DNA of 64,000 nt, from assembly GCA_041492755.1 (NCBI GenBank), contig JBGPXN010000002.1, forward strand, positions 14,883 through 78,882, written 5' to 3'. Shown piece by piece: positions 1 through 9,460 of this stretch (positions are counted from its first letter, which is position 1; the number at the start of each line of letters is the position of its first letter). Under the pieces are notes generated by a model. That model searched no databases, was not told where the DNA came from, and saw only the letters and a program-made list of their open reading frames with translations. The translations under genes were made by a program, and so were the position numbers. Source of the DNA: Candidatus Methylomirabilia bacterium (GTDB lineage: Bacteria > Methylomirabilota > Methylomirabilia > Rokubacteriales > CSP1-6).

Positions 1-1
1 C

Positions 2-1762
2 CGGCTCGGCGGCGGCCGCGACGAGGCGCGCACCCAGTACGATCTGGCGCGTGGTCTCGACGCCGCCGGTCCCACCGGGCGGCTGGCCACGTTTCGGTTG
101 GCCCAGGTGAACTTCGAGCTGCGCGAGTTCGCGCAGGCGGCCAGCGACGTCGCGCCGCTCGTCACGGAAGGCGGCGTGGCCGAAGACCTCCGCGCGTCCG
201 CGCTGCTCCTTCAGGGCGAAGCCGCCTACTACGCCGGCGATCACGCCACCGCGACCACGGCGTACCGCCGGGTGGCGGCGGAGTCTTCGGCCGGCGCGGG
301 CGCGCGACTGGCGCTGGCGTGGACGGCGCTGCGGCAGGGGCAGGCCGCCGACGCGCGCCGGCAGTTCCTCGAGTTCGCCACCGCGGCGCCGTCCGACCCT
401 CACGCGGCCGACGCGTTCGTTCTCGCGTCGGAGCTGATGCTCGGTGCCGGCGATCTCAAGGCCGCGGACGCGACCCTCGAGCAGATCGTGACGCGGTACG
501 CCTCGAGCCCGCGCGCCGACTTCGCACGGCTCAATCGGGCGATCCTCCTCGTCCGCGCGGGCCAGGGTGCGGCGGCGGAGGCGCCGCTGCGCGATTGGAT
601 CGCGCGCTCCCCGTTCCCGCCGCTGCTCGGCCGCGCCTACGGCGCGCTCGGCGCCGCGCTGCTGGCCAGCGGCAAGGCGGCCGAGGCCGGAGGCGAGTTC
701 ACGCTCGCCCAGCGCGAAGGCCTCGGCCCACTCGCGTCGCTCGGCCTCGGCTCGGTCGGGGTCGCGCAGCGCCGCTGGGACGATGCCGCGCGCGATTTCG
801 GCGACGCACGGGACACCGGCCCGGCGCCGATCGCGGCCCAGGCCGAGTACGGCCTGGCCGTGGTGGCGTTTCAGCGGGGCCGGCCGGCCGACTTCGTCAA
901 ATTCGCGCGCGTCGCGCTCGACGCGAATCCGCGCGGGCCGATGGCGCCCCGGCTGCTCTACGCGATGACGGCCGTGGGCGCCGACCAGAAGGACTGGAAC
1001 GCCGCGCTGGGCGCCGCCAAGCGACTCGTCACGGACTTTCCGGCTGCGCCCACCGCCGATGACGCGCTCGCGCGCGTCGGCATCGCCGCCACCAAGGCCG
1101 GCGCCTGGCCCGTGGCCCAGGAGGCGTGGACCCTCCTGCGCGCCAGGTACCCGCAGAGCCCGTTCGTCGAGGACTCGCGCCTCGCGTTCGCCGACGTCCA
1201 GATGCAGACGGGCAACATCACCGAGGCGCGGGTCGAGCTCGAGCGCTTCGTGGCCGTCAATCCGACCGACCCGCGTACGGGCGCGGCGTGGCTCGCCCTT
1301 GGTCGGGCGCGCGCACAGACCGGCGATGCCGCCGGCGCGCTCGAAGCGTTCAAGCGCGCGCCCCCGGAGAGCGCGACCGCGCCCTGGCCGCGCGACACGG
1401 TTCTGAGCTACGCGCGCCTGCTCGCGCAAGCGCGCCGGTGGGCGGAAGCGCGCACGGTGGTGGAGCGCGTCCTCCGCGACAACGACGCCGCCCTCGCGGC
1501 CGAGGCGGCGGCGGTGATGGGCGACACGTATCAGGGACAGGGTGAGCACCTCGCCGCCGTGGAGTACTACATGACGGCCGCCTACGTGGCGCCGCAGACG
1601 CCGGCGGGCCGCCAGGCGCTGCTGGGCGCGGGCCGCGCCTTCGCCGCGCTGAAGCAGGTGGATGCGGCCGAAAAGGTGTATCGCAAGCTCCTCGCTCAGG
1701 GGAACCTGCCGGGCGACCTGGCCGATGCGGCGCGGCGCGGTCTGGCCGAGATCAAGCGGTAG
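2..1762 (+). CDS. TPR-repeat protein (5' end outside window)
   Basis: ORF 98..1762 stays open in the same frame back to base 2. It has degenerate ~34-aa Ala/Leu/Arg-rich helical repeats (GEAAYYAGDHATATTAYRRV, AEYGLAVVAFQRGR, AAWLALGRARAQTGD, AVEYYMTAAYVAPQ) typical of tetratricopeptide proteins. Confidence 0.6.
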   Translation, partial: RLGGGRDEARTQYDLARGLDAAGPTGRLATFRLAQVNFELREFAQAASDVAPLVTEGGVAEDLRASALLLQGEAAYYAGDHATATTAYRRVAAESSAGAGARLALAWTALRQGQAADARRQFLEFATAAPSDPHAADAFVLASELMLGAGDLKAADATLEQIVTRYASSPRADFARLNRAILLVRAGQGAAAEAPLRDWIARSPFPPLLGRAYGALGAALLASGKAAEAGGEFTLAQREGLGPLASLGLGSVGVAQRRWDDAARDFGDARDTGPAPIAAQAEYGLAVVAFQRGRPADFVKFARVALDANPRGPMAPRLLYAMTAVGADQKDWNAALGAAKRLVTDFPAAPTADDALARVGIAATKAGAWPVAQEAWTLLRARYPQSPFVEDSRLAFADVQMQTGNITEARVELERFVAVNPTDPRTGAAWLALGRARAQTGDAAGALEAFKRAPPESATAPWPRDTVLSYARLLAQARRWAEARTVVERVLRDNDAALAAEAAAVMGDTYQGQGEHLAAVEYYMTAAYVAPQTPAGRQALLGAGRAFAALKQVDAAEKVYRKLLAQGNLPGDLADAARRGLAEIKR

Positions 1763-1791
1763 CTCGGCCAACTTCGATCGGTCACCCGTCT

Positions 1792-1854
1792 CGGCGGGAG
1801 GGGGACGGGTCGCTGCGCTAACTATTCGCTCCGCGACCCGTCCCCCTCCCGCCG
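1792..1854. repeat. Perfect long palindromic element (22-bp arms, 19-nt loop), possible terminator/REP-like element
   Basis: CGGCGGGAGGGGGACGGGTCGC (1792..1813) is the exact reverse complement of GCGACCCGTCCCCCTCCCGCCG (1833..1854). It lies 30 nt after the TPR gene stop. Confidence 0.85.
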
Positions 1855-1883
1855 GTTGGGCCGCTCGCTCTTGCTGGGCGCGG

Positions 1884-1947
1884 GCTAACTGCTTCGATTC
1901 CGGCAGGCGCATTCGCTGCGCGACCTGTCTCCACTCCCTCCCGCCGG
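1884..1947. repeat. Degenerate second copy of the loop plus right arm of the 1792..1854 element
   Basis: GCTAACT...ATTCGCTGCGCGACCTGTCTCCACTCCCTCCCGCCGG parallels GCTAACTATTCGCTCCGCGACCCGTCCCCCTCCCGCCGG of the first copy. It lacks the left arm. Confidence 0.6.
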
Positions 1948-2028
1948 GCAATCGGCTCGTGCTGAGCTCAGGCCATCGGATCGAGTGCAGCCCCCCGGAT
2001 GCTTGCGAAAGCGGCTAATCTAGGGCGC

Positions 2029-3849
2029 ATGAAGGGTTATGGGGGGCGGCTGCTGTTCGTGGATCTGGCGCGGGGGGCGTCGCGGATCGAGGCGCTCGAG
2101 GAGTCCGTCGCGCGGGCGTTTCTCGGGGGGAACGGGCTGGCGGCGCGGGTGCTGTACGACCACGTGCCGGCGGGGATCGATGCGCTCGATCCGGCGAACG
2201 CGGTGGTGTTCGCGGTGGGGCCGATCACGGATACGACGGTGCCGGGCAATAGCCGGGCGTGCGTGGTGGCGAAGTCGCCGCTCACCGGGTTGTTCTTCGA
2301 CTCGACGTTCGGCGGACGCTTTCCGGCGACGCTCAAGCGCACGGGGTTCGACGCCGTGGTGCTGCAGGGGCGCGCGCCGGCGCCGTGTTACGTGCTCGTG
2401 ACCGACGCGGGGGCGGAGATCAAGCCGGCGCATGAGCTGTGGGGGCGCACGACGACGCGCGAGGCCGTCAATGCGCTCGTCGCCGCCGAGGGCGCCGACG
2501 CCGACGCGATTGCGATCGGGCCGGCGGGCGAGCACCGCGTGCGGTTCGCGGCGCTCGCGCACTACTGGAAGAACCGCGAGGGCGTCGCCGGGCGTGGCGG
2601 TCTCGGCGCGGTGCTCGGCGCCAAGAACGTGAAAGCGGTCGTGGTCCGCGGCGCGCGCAAGACCGAGATTGCCGATCCCCCCGCGCTCAAGGCGCTGATC
2701 GACGGCACCCGCGCGCCGCTGAAGACGGGTACGCAGGCGCTGTCGACGTTCGGCACGCCGTTCCTGGTCGGCCCGATCAACGCGCTGGGCGGGCTCGGCG
2801 CCTACAACCTGCGCGCCGAGACCTTTGCCGAGGCGCGGGTGATCGGCGGCGAGGACATGAAGACGCACTTCCACGACCGGGACACCACGTGCCTGAAGTG
2901 TCCGGTCGCGTGCGGCAAGCAATACGCGATCCGCGAGGGCGAGTTCGCGGGCACGAAGGCGAAGATGCCCGAGTACGAGACGATCTTCGCGCTCGGTCCC
3001 ATGCTCGGGAACGCCAACCCCGAATCGCTGATCCTCGCCAACGACCTCTGCGACCTGCTCGGCATGGACACGATCTCGATGGGCGTGACGCTGGCCTTCG
3101 TGGCCGAGGCGGTCGAGCGCGGCTGGCTCACCGCCGCCGACATCGGCCTGCCCTTCGGCTGGGGCGACTGGCGGTCGATGTTGAAGCTGGTGGAGATGAC
3201 GGCGCGTCGCGAAGGCTTCGGCGACCGACTCGCCGAAGGCGCCTGGCGTCTCGCGGCGTCCATCAATTCGGAGGCGACCCGGGCGGTCTACGCCGTGAAA
3301 GGACTGGAGCTTCCCGCCCACTCCGCGCGGGCGCTCAAGGGCATGTCGATCGGTTACGCCACGGCGACGCGCGGCGGCAGCCATCACGACACGCGCCCGA
3401 CGCCCCAGTACGCGGCCGGATTCGACCGGAAGAGTCCCGACGGCAAGCCCGCGTTCGCCGCGCGCAGCCAGCACTTCACCGCCGTGGGCGATTCGCTCGT
3501 GATGTGTCGCTTCACCTCCGAGCGCGGCTTCGGCCTCTTCGTGGGCGAGCCGTACGCGGCGATGGTGCGCGCGGTGACCGGCTGGGACGTCACCGTCGAG
3601 GAGCTCGAGCGGGTGGGCGAGCGCATCATCAATCTCGAGCGCCTCTTCAACGTGCGCGAAGGCGTCCGGCGCGCCCAGGACGTGCTGCCGTGGCGGGTGA
3701 TGCACGAGCCCATCACCGAGGGCCCGTCGGCCGGGATGTACTGCCCGCCCGCCGAGCTCGACGCGATGCTGGACGAGTACTACGCCCTCCGCGGGTGGGA
3801 CGGGGACGGCGTTCCCACCCCCGCGCGCCTCTCCAGCCTCGGCCTCTAG
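2029..3849 (+). CDS. Aldehyde:ferredoxin oxidoreductase (AOR) family, tungsto/molybdopterin enzyme
   Basis: ORF 1999..3849, with the likely start at ATG 2029 (MKGYGGRLLFVDL). It has an AOR N-domain-like sequence (FLGGNGLAARVLYD, VGPITDT, KSPLTG), a CLKCPVACGK Fe-S motif and a long AOR catalytic-domain-like C-terminus. Confidence 0.9.
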   Translation: MKGYGGRLLFVDLARGASRIEALEESVARAFLGGNGLAARVLYDHVPAGIDALDPANAVVFAVGPITDTTVPGNSRACVVAKSPLTGLFFDSTFGGRFPATLKRTGFDAVVLQGRAPAPCYVLVTDAGAEIKPAHELWGRTTTREAVNALVAAEGADADAIAIGPAGEHRVRFAALAHYWKNREGVAGRGGLGAVLGAKNVKAVVVRGARKTEIADPPALKALIDGTRAPLKTGTQALSTFGTPFLVGPINALGGLGAYNLRAETFAEARVIGGEDMKTHFHDRDTTCLKCPVACGKQYAIREGEFAGTKAKMPEYETIFALGPMLGNANPESLILANDLCDLLGMDTISMGVTLAFVAEAVERGWLTAADIGLPFGWGDWRSMLKLVEMTARREGFGDRLAEGAWRLAASINSEATRAVYAVKGLELPAHSARALKGMSIGYATATRGGSHHDTRPTPQYAAGFDRKSPDGKPAFAARSQHFTAVGDSLVMCRFTSERGFGLFVGEPYAAMVRAVTGWDVTVEELERVGERIINLERLFNVREGVRRAQDVLPWRVMHEPITEGPSAGMYCPPAELDAMLDEYYALRGWDGDGVPTPARLSSLGL

Positions 3850-3897
3850 CCTCTTCCCTCCTCCTGTACGCTGGGACTCAGGGGCGGAGGGAGACGT

Positions 3898-4715
3898 ATG
3901 CATCCGTTCATCCACCCGGGATCATCGTCGCCAGCGCGCTCGGCGCTCTCGTCATCTGCCTCATCGTCGTCCGTTACGGTCTCACTCCGTCGACGGACGC
4001 CGAATCCGACGCCGACGTCCGAGGCCGCCTGCTGGTCCGTTTCGGCCACGCGATGGCCGCGGTGTGCTTCGCCGTCACCGCCATGCTTGCCACCGTCGCC
4101 CTCGTCCACCAGGGCCAGGTCGTCGTGCCGGCCGCCGTACCCGGCGAGCTCGAGCAGAATCTCGCCGAATTGACCGACCAGGCGCGCGCGGCCGAGCAGC
4201 GGATAGGCCCCGTGGAGGGGCGCGTCGACCGCGTGGAGACGACGCTTCGCAAGGTCAGCGAGGACCTCACCCTGACGTCGACCCGGTTGCGTCAGGTCGA
4301 GCGCTTCGTGGCGAGCGCCGACCGCGAGCGGGTCACCCCCGCGCCCCGCCCACCGGAGGCAGCGCCAGCCGCGCCGCGCATCGAGCCGCCGCCCACTGTC
4401 CCACGCCCGAACGTCGAGCCCCGGCCCGCCACCGCGACGCCTCCGCCGCCCACCCGCTACAACCGTCCGCCCGCGCTCGCGCCCGCGCGACCGGACTCGT
4501 CTCGAACCATGGCGCCCGCGGCCGGCGCACGTCGCCCCGAGGCGTCGGCCGCACCCAGCCCGCCGGCCGCCGCGTCGGTCGAGATGCCCGAGAAGCTGCG
4601 CGAGGACTGGAAGGTGATCCGCCAGGGATTTCGCGAGGCGGGCACGGAGATCAGGAACTTCTGGGCCCGCCTGAGCCGTCGGGCCAGCGAGGTGATGGAG
4701 AGCGACCGCCGCTGA
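3898..4715 (+). CDS. Membrane-anchored coiled-coil / Pro-rich hypothetical protein, apparent -1 frameshift near 3918..3920
   Basis: The tail of ORF 2439..4715 gives two TM helices (IIVASALGALVICLIVV, AMAAVCFAVTAMLATVALV), a coiled coil (LEQNLAELTDQARAAEQRIGPVEGRVDRVETTLRKV) and a Pro/Ala-rich region. The only strong RBS plus ATG (GGAGGGAGacgtATG, 3898) is one frame off and would join if GGG 3918..3920 were GGGG. An in-frame alternative start is ATG 4053. Confidence 0.5.
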
Positions 4716-4745
4716 GGTACCATCGAGCGACGGTCCACGCGGCCC

Positions 4746-4821
4746 GGGCGGATAGCTCAGCTGGGAGAGCGCGGCCCTTACAAGGCCGAGGTCGCAGGTT
4801 CGATCCCTGCTCCGCCTACCA
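4746..4821 (+). tRNA. tRNA-Val (anticodon TAC)
   Basis: 76-nt cloverleaf: acceptor GGGCGGA/TCCGCCT, D arm GCTC-AGCTGGGA-GAGC, anticodon arm CGGCC-CTTACAA-GGCCG, T arm GCAGG-TTCGATC-CCTGC, encoded ACCA end. Confidence 0.95.
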
Positions 4822-5203
4822 CTCAATCGACCAGCCACTACGCTTCGCCGGAGCCGGGGCGGCGCGGCGATCGGGGTTCGTGGTGTCAGCTGCCGGCCAA
4901 TGGAGACGATCGACGCCAATGAGATGCCCCGATGAGCAGCGCGTTCAGGAGCATCAGGCGCCGGGACATCGGTCGAGTCCCCACCCCGACGGAGGTCATC
5001 GGTGAGCGCTGTGTCTCAGCGCCCACCGATGCCCTGTAAAGCAACCTGCGATCAGTGACCGCGCGGTGCGCCCTACCTTCTGTATGCGGGAACCGTACGG
5101 GAGCGTGCTAGAAATGTGATGCAGACAGGCCGGGGCCGCGCGAGGAGCCGTCTGCGCGAGCCTTCGGCGCGCAGCACATCAAATCCTTCCACGGGAGGGA
5201 CGC

Positions 5204-5698
5204 ATGGCCAACATCTGGATCCCCGAGGTATCCATCGCGGAGAAGATCTTGCGATCGGTGGCGATCTACGCGTTCCTGTTGCTCGCCTTTCGTTTCACGG
5301 GCAAGCGCCAGGTCGGGCAGCTCACGCCGTTCGATCTGGTTGTACTGCTCATCATCTCCAATGTCGTGCAGAACGCGGTGATTGGACCCGACAATTCCCT
5401 CGGCGGCGGCGTGATCGGTGCCCTGGCGATCTTGGGGCTGAACCGCGCGGTGGTCGAGGTCACCTGGCGGTGGAAGAAGGCCCGGCGCCTGCTCGAGGCT
5501 GCCCCAACCGTGCTTGTGCACAACGGGCGTATCCTCCACGATCACTTGGCGCAGGAGCGGATCACGCTCGACGACCTCCATGCCGCGCTTCGCCGCGCGG
5601 GGGTGGCCACCGTCGCCGATGTGCGTTTTGCGATGCTGGAGGAGAACGGCGGTATCAGCGTGGTCCCACGTGGGGCGGTCCCACCAGCCCAGTCCTAA
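5204..5698 (+). CDS. DUF421/YetF-like membrane protein
   Basis: 164-aa ORF with RBS GGGAGGGA upstream. It has N-terminal TM helices and the motif FRFTGKRQVGQLTPFDLVVLLIISN typical of YetF/DUF421 proteins. Confidence 0.75.
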   Translation: MANIWIPEVSIAEKILRSVAIYAFLLLAFRFTGKRQVGQLTPFDLVVLLIISNVVQNAVIGPDNSLGGGVIGALAILGLNRAVVEVTWRWKKARRLLEAAPTVLVHNGRILHDHLAQERITLDDLHAALRRAGVATVADVRFAMLEENGGISVVPRGAVPPAQS

Positions 5699-5875
5699 AG
5701 TGAGCTCCACGTCGTCAGCCTCGAAGTCGACCCGGCGGCCGGGTTCCTCATGGCCAGCGTCGAGGGGCTGGGGGCCGAGCACGTCCGCGGGATATCCACG
5801 GCGTTCTTTCAGTCCGCCTCACCGGGCATCCGGAGGCACCGACGCACTGGAGCCTGCAACAAGGGGAGGGTGTCG

Positions 5876-6457
5876 ATGCCAGAGGATCCGGAGATCCAGA
5901 CCGACGACCTGCAGGAAGCGATCCGGAGGGAGCTCGACGGTGAAAGCGGCGCGCTCATGCGGCGCATCGCTCTCACCACGGCCATCCTCGCCGCGCTCGC
6001 CGCAATCGCCGCCCTTCGGGCCGGGGCCACCGTCAACGAAGCCCTGATCCTGAAAACCGAGGCCACGCGCCTGCAAGCCGAGGCATCCGACCAGTGGGCC
6101 TACTACCAGGCCAAAGGAGTGAAGCAAGCCGTTCAGGAGGCATCGAAGTCGTCGTGGCGGGCGATCGGGAAAGAGCCGCCGGCTGCCTTTGCCGCCGAGC
6201 AAGCGCGCTACGTTGCGGAGCAGACCGACATTCAGAAAAAGGCCCGGGAGCTCGAACGGCAGCGTGACGAGCGATCCGCCGAGGCCGACCACCTCTTTCG
6301 CCGTCATCACGGGTTTGCGAACGACGTCGCGATCTTCCAAATCGCCATCGCGCTCGGCGCCGTCGCCGCCCTGACGAGACTCCGCCTGGTCTGGTATGGA
6401 TCGCTCGCCCTTGGAGTGGCCGGCATCATCGTCTTCGTCGTCAGTGTCCTGCGCTGA
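5876..6457 (+). CDS. DUF4337-like membrane protein
   Basis: ATG 5876 preceded by AAGGGGAGGG. It has a TM helix, then ASDQWAYYQAKGVKQ and a C-terminal TM pair, as I recall for DUF4337. Confidence 0.65.
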   Translation: MPEDPEIQTDDLQEAIRRELDGESGALMRRIALTTAILAALAAIAALRAGATVNEALILKTEATRLQAEASDQWAYYQAKGVKQAVQEASKSSWRAIGKEPPAAFAAEQARYVAEQTDIQKKARELERQRDERSAEADHLFRRHHGFANDVAIFQIAIALGAVAALTRLRLVWYGSLALGVAGIIVFVVSVLR

Positions 6458-6507
6458 CTCGGCGGGCGGCTATGGCGATCCGAAGGGACAGGACGACAGT
6501 GCCCGCG

Positions 6508-7122
6508 TCACTTCCGCTCGTCGTGGTGCCGGTAGCCGGGCATCTGTGCGCACTCGGCGTGACCCGCGAGCTCGACCCCCCGCTCGACGGCTTTCCCGAA
6601 GTCTTCGTTCAGCAGCGCCACGTTGATGCGCGGGCGAAAATAGTCCGCCCAAATGAATTCGGCGAACGGCTTCTGGCTCTTGTCGTAGCCACCCGCGTAG
6701 CGAACGTAGGCCGCCAGGCTGCGGTAGGGATCGTCGCGGAGCAGTTTCACGTGATGCGGTATCAAGTCGTAGAGTTGCTTGTGGCCCTGTTCGTCGTAGG
6801 GATGAACCCAGTTCTGGCGATCCATCTCGCGCCAGAAGTCCTGAAGGTCGAGGTCCGAGAGGTCCGCCACGATTTCCAATGACGCGCCGTCGATCTCCAC
6901 TTCCCACAGCGCGCGGCCCAGATGATGATGATCGATGACGAAGTACTTCTCATTGGGTCCCGTCACCACCGGGATCGGGTGCTCGGCGAGGAACTCCTTC
7001 AATCGGTGATGATGGTCACTGATCTTCGCGAGATGCGTCTTTTTCTCGTGAACTTCGATCATGCCGACGGTGATCTGAGTCGGCCGCAGGTGGTTGACGG
7101 CAATGCCGTGGATCGTTGCCAT
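6508..7122 (-). CDS. ParB-like nuclease domain protein (ParBc_2-like)
   Basis: 204-aa ORF. The N-terminal HLRPTQITVG motif and overall layout resemble the putative ParB-like nuclease family. Its GC content is markedly lower than the surroundings. Confidence 0.6.
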   Translation of the reverse strand: MATIHGIAVNHLRPTQITVGMIEVHEKKTHLAKISDHHHRLKEFLAEHPIPVVTGPNEKYFVIDHHHLGRALWEVEIDGASLEIVADLSDLDLQDFWREMDRQNWVHPYDEQGHKQLYDLIPHHVKLLRDDPYRSLAAYVRYAGGYDKSQKPFAEFIWADYFRPRINVALLNEDFGKAVERGVELAGHAECAQMPGYRHHDERK

Positions 7123-7207
7123 CTCCCCATCTCCTTGAGCTGATTCGGCTCCCTCCGAACCAAAGGTACACGACCACGGGCGGGCGGTTGAGGGCCGGCG
7201 CGCCCGC

Positions 7208-8398
7208 TTACTGCGTCCGCCCGCGCATGGAGGCCGGCTGGCCCGGGAGCTTGAGCTTCTTGCCGGTGTCGGTGATCGTGGTGCCGTCCACCTTGAGGAT
7301 GGACACGTTGCTGTCCGTATAGTTGCCGACGTAGAGGTACTTGCCGTCGGGGCTGAAGACCGCGCCCTCGGGCAGGCCGCCCACCTCGACCTCGCCCACC
7401 TTGGTTACCTTCTTGTCCTCGATCTTGAGCACGGCCAGGCTGCCGTTCCTCTTGGTGTTGAACCACATGCTCTTCGGCACGCTGGCCCCACCCAGGAGCA
7501 CGGCCACGGCGACGTCACCCTTGGGGCTGATCACAAAGCCCTCGGGGGCATCCCCCACGACCACGCGGTCGATGACCTTCGGCGGGTTGTTCCCGAGGTC
7601 GATGATGCTGACGGTGTCGATGTGGCCGTCCGGCGCGCCGGAATTGCCGTTGTCCGCGCTGATGGCGATCCGGCCGTTGGGCGTGACGTCGATGTTATAG
7701 GGCCAGAGGCCCACCGGCATGTCGTGCTTGGTATAGGTCACCTTCTGCCCGTTGATCTCGAGAAGCGCGATCTTGTGCGCGGCGAACTTGGTGGCGAGCG
7801 CGCGCTTGCCGTCGGGGGTGATGGCGACGGAAGCGACCTCGTCCCCCATCGCCACCGTGTCGATGAGCTTGACCTCGTTGCCCTGGATGGAGAGGACGCT
7901 GATGGACTTGTCGTTCCGGTTCGCGACCAGGGCCAGGTCCCCGGCCCGGTTGATCGCCAGCCCCGAGGGCTGCTTGCCGATCTCGACGGTCGCGATATGA
8001 CTCGGCGGGCTCGCCTTCAGATTGAAGACGTAGAGCTTGGTGTCGGGTGCGGGCTTCCAGGCGGCCCCGTCCGGAACCCAGTCCACGGAGTTCGCCACGA
8101 TGGCCAGGCGCTCGTCGGGGGTGATGGCGAGATTGGTCGGGGGGCCGAAGATCGAGTTCATCAAGGGGAAGCTCACGAGGATCTTCGGCGCCTCGCGGTC
8201 GGTGATGTCCACGACGGAGATGGTGTCCTTCCCCGGCGCGACGAATTGCCGCTTGCCCTCCGCGTCGAAGACGACCTTCGCGTCGTTGCCGATGATCATC
8301 AAGTCGGCGTGGGCCGCGGGCACGAGCGCCGTCAGGCCCGCGACCAGAACCAGGAGCAGTTGGGGGAGGACGACGATGCTGCGGCCGTGAGGTGTCAT
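7208..8398 (-). CDS. Secreted YVTN/lactonase-type beta-propeller repeat protein
   Basis: The real start is probably ATG 8398 (RBS GGAGGAG), giving the signal peptide MTPHGRSIVVLPQLLLVLVAGLTALVPAAHA. It has repeated blades of the form xPxGLAIxPDGKxLYVAN (ITPDERLAIVAN, INRAGDLALVAN, ITPDGKRALATK, FSPDGKYLYVGN). Confidence 0.7.
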   Translation of the reverse strand: MTPHGRSIVVLPQLLLVLVAGLTALVPAAHADLMIIGNDAKVVFDAEGKRQFVAPGKDTISVVDITDREAPKILVSFPLMNSIFGPPTNLAITPDERLAIVANSVDWVPDGAAWKPAPDTKLYVFNLKASPPSHIATVEIGKQPSGLAINRAGDLALVANRNDKSISVLSIQGNEVKLIDTVAMGDEVASVAITPDGKRALATKFAAHKIALLEINGQKVTYTKHDMPVGLWPYNIDVTPNGRIAISADNGNSGAPDGHIDTVSIIDLGNNPPKVIDRVVVGDAPEGFVISPKGDVAVAVLLGGASVPKSMWFNTKRNGSLAVLKIEDKKVTKVGEVEVGGLPEGAVFSPDGKYLYVGNYTDSNVSILKVDGTTITDTGKKLKLPGQPASMRGRTQ

Positions 8399-8590
8399 GG
8401 GAGGCTCCTCCTTGAGCGTTCTGGTCAAGATCATCGCGGGCTCTCGCCCGCCGCCGGGGGCGATGGTGGCACAAGCGCCTGCCGTCTGTATAGTAGGCGG
8501 CGCCGGAGATCCTGCTCGGCTTCGGCCCCGCGCTGTCGAAGCTGACCGACTCCGCCGCAGCGCCGCCGACCAACACGACGCACAACAGCA

Positions 8591-8812
8591 GTGCACTACG
8601 ACGATCACCCGCCACCCCCCTTCCATGTTCAATACGGCGACGACAGCGCGACAATGGATATCGACACCATGCGGATTACTGATGGTTACCTTCCGCCCCG
8701 AGTGCTCGGTTTTGTGACCGAATGGGGCGTGCGCCATCGGGCGCTGCTGCGCGAGAATTTTCGTCGCGCCCTGGAACACAGGGCGCCTGAACTCATCCCG
8801 CCCCTGGAATGA
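8591..8812 (+). CDS. DUF4160-family protein, N-terminally truncated or diverged copy
   Basis: HYDDHPPPPFHVQYGD...VTEWGVRHRALLRENF parallels the full copy at 9200..9460 but lacks the MPxVSRFxGIxVxM N-terminus. It has a GTG start. Confidence 0.55.
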   Translation: MHYDDHPPPPFHVQYGDDSATMDIDTMRITDGYLPPRVLGFVTEWGVRHRALLRENFRRALEHRAPELIPPLE

Positions 8813-8813
8813 T

Positions 8814-9071
8814 GTGCCGATGATCAAGCGCGTCGTGGAAGTTCGACCGCTCGGCGGTTATCGCCTCTTCATCAGGTTTGATGATGGCGTGCAAGGCGAA
8901 GTCGACATCGCGTCGTTCGTCCGCTTCGACGGCGTCTTCGAGCCGCTCCGCGATCCGGCCCGCTTCGCCGAAGCATTCGTCGATCTTGGTACGGTGTGCT
9001 GGCCCAACGAGCTCGACCTCGCTCCGGAAGTGCTGTACGAGAAGGTCTCGGGTCGCCCGCTCTCGGTCTAG
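8814..9071 (+). CDS. DUF2442-family protein
   Basis: 85-aa ORF starting 2 nt after the preceding stop. VVEVRPLGGYRLFIRFDDGVQGEVD...CWPNELDLAPEVLY matches the DUF2442 pattern and the paralog at 9453..9746. Confidence 0.7.
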   Translation: MPMIKRVVEVRPLGGYRLFIRFDDGVQGEVDIASFVRFDGVFEPLRDPARFAEAFVDLGTVCWPNELDLAPEVLYEKVSGRPLSV

Positions 9072-9199
9072 CTGACCCACCTCGCCGCGTCCGTTCGGAC
9101 GCGTCTCTTCAAGCGCGCCACCAGCGACCGGAACTTCTGGCTGTATCGATGATTGGACATTCTCAGCGAACGCGCGGTGCCCTACGGTCTCCCACGGCC

Positions 9200-9460
9200 A
9201 TGCCGCAGGTGAGCCGCTTCCGTGGAATCAGCGTGGAGATGTACCACGACGAGCACCCTCCGCCCCACTTTCACGTGTACTACGCGGACGAGAGCGCGAT
9301 AATCGAGATCGAGACGATGCAAATCATGGGAGGGCGATTGTCACCGCGCATACATCGGCTGGTCACCGAGTGGGGCCGCCGCCGCCGTGCGCAGCTACGA
9401 GAAAACTGGCGGCGCGTTGTCGCGCACGAGCCGCCGCTCTGGATCGAGCCTGATGAGTGA
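9200..9460 (+). CDS. DUF4160-family protein
   Basis: ATG 9200. MPQVSRFRGISVEMYHDEHPPPHFHVYYADESAIIEI is the canonical DUF4160 N-terminus. Confidence 0.75.
   Translation: MPQVSRFRGISVEMYHDEHPPPHFHVYYADESAIIEIETMQIMGGRLSPRIHRLVTEWGRRRRAQLRENWRRVVAHEPPLWIEPDE

Noticed and set aside
3898-4173. 91-aa ORF read straight through from the strong RBS+ATG at 3898.
   Set aside because: Beyond the first ~7 codons the product is Ser/Pro/Arg-rich, off-frame-looking sequence. The adjacent frame encodes TM helices and a coiled coil, so a frameshift or indel is the better explanation.
4822-5203. Search for an integrase or its remnant immediately downstream of tRNA-Val. This included a 37-codon minus ORF (MTSVGVGTRPMSRRLMLLNALLIGASHWRRSSPLAGS).
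   Set aside because: No tyrosine or serine recombinase motifs appear in any frame, and the region looks non-coding. For this reason the island call is kept at low confidence.
5040-9190. A short shared string, CGCGCGGTGC(G)CCCTAC, at ~5068 and ~9170, considered as a possible repeated regulatory motif within the island.
   Set aside because: There are only two imperfect ~16-nt matches in GC-rich DNA, with no consistent placement relative to genes. This is compatible with chance.
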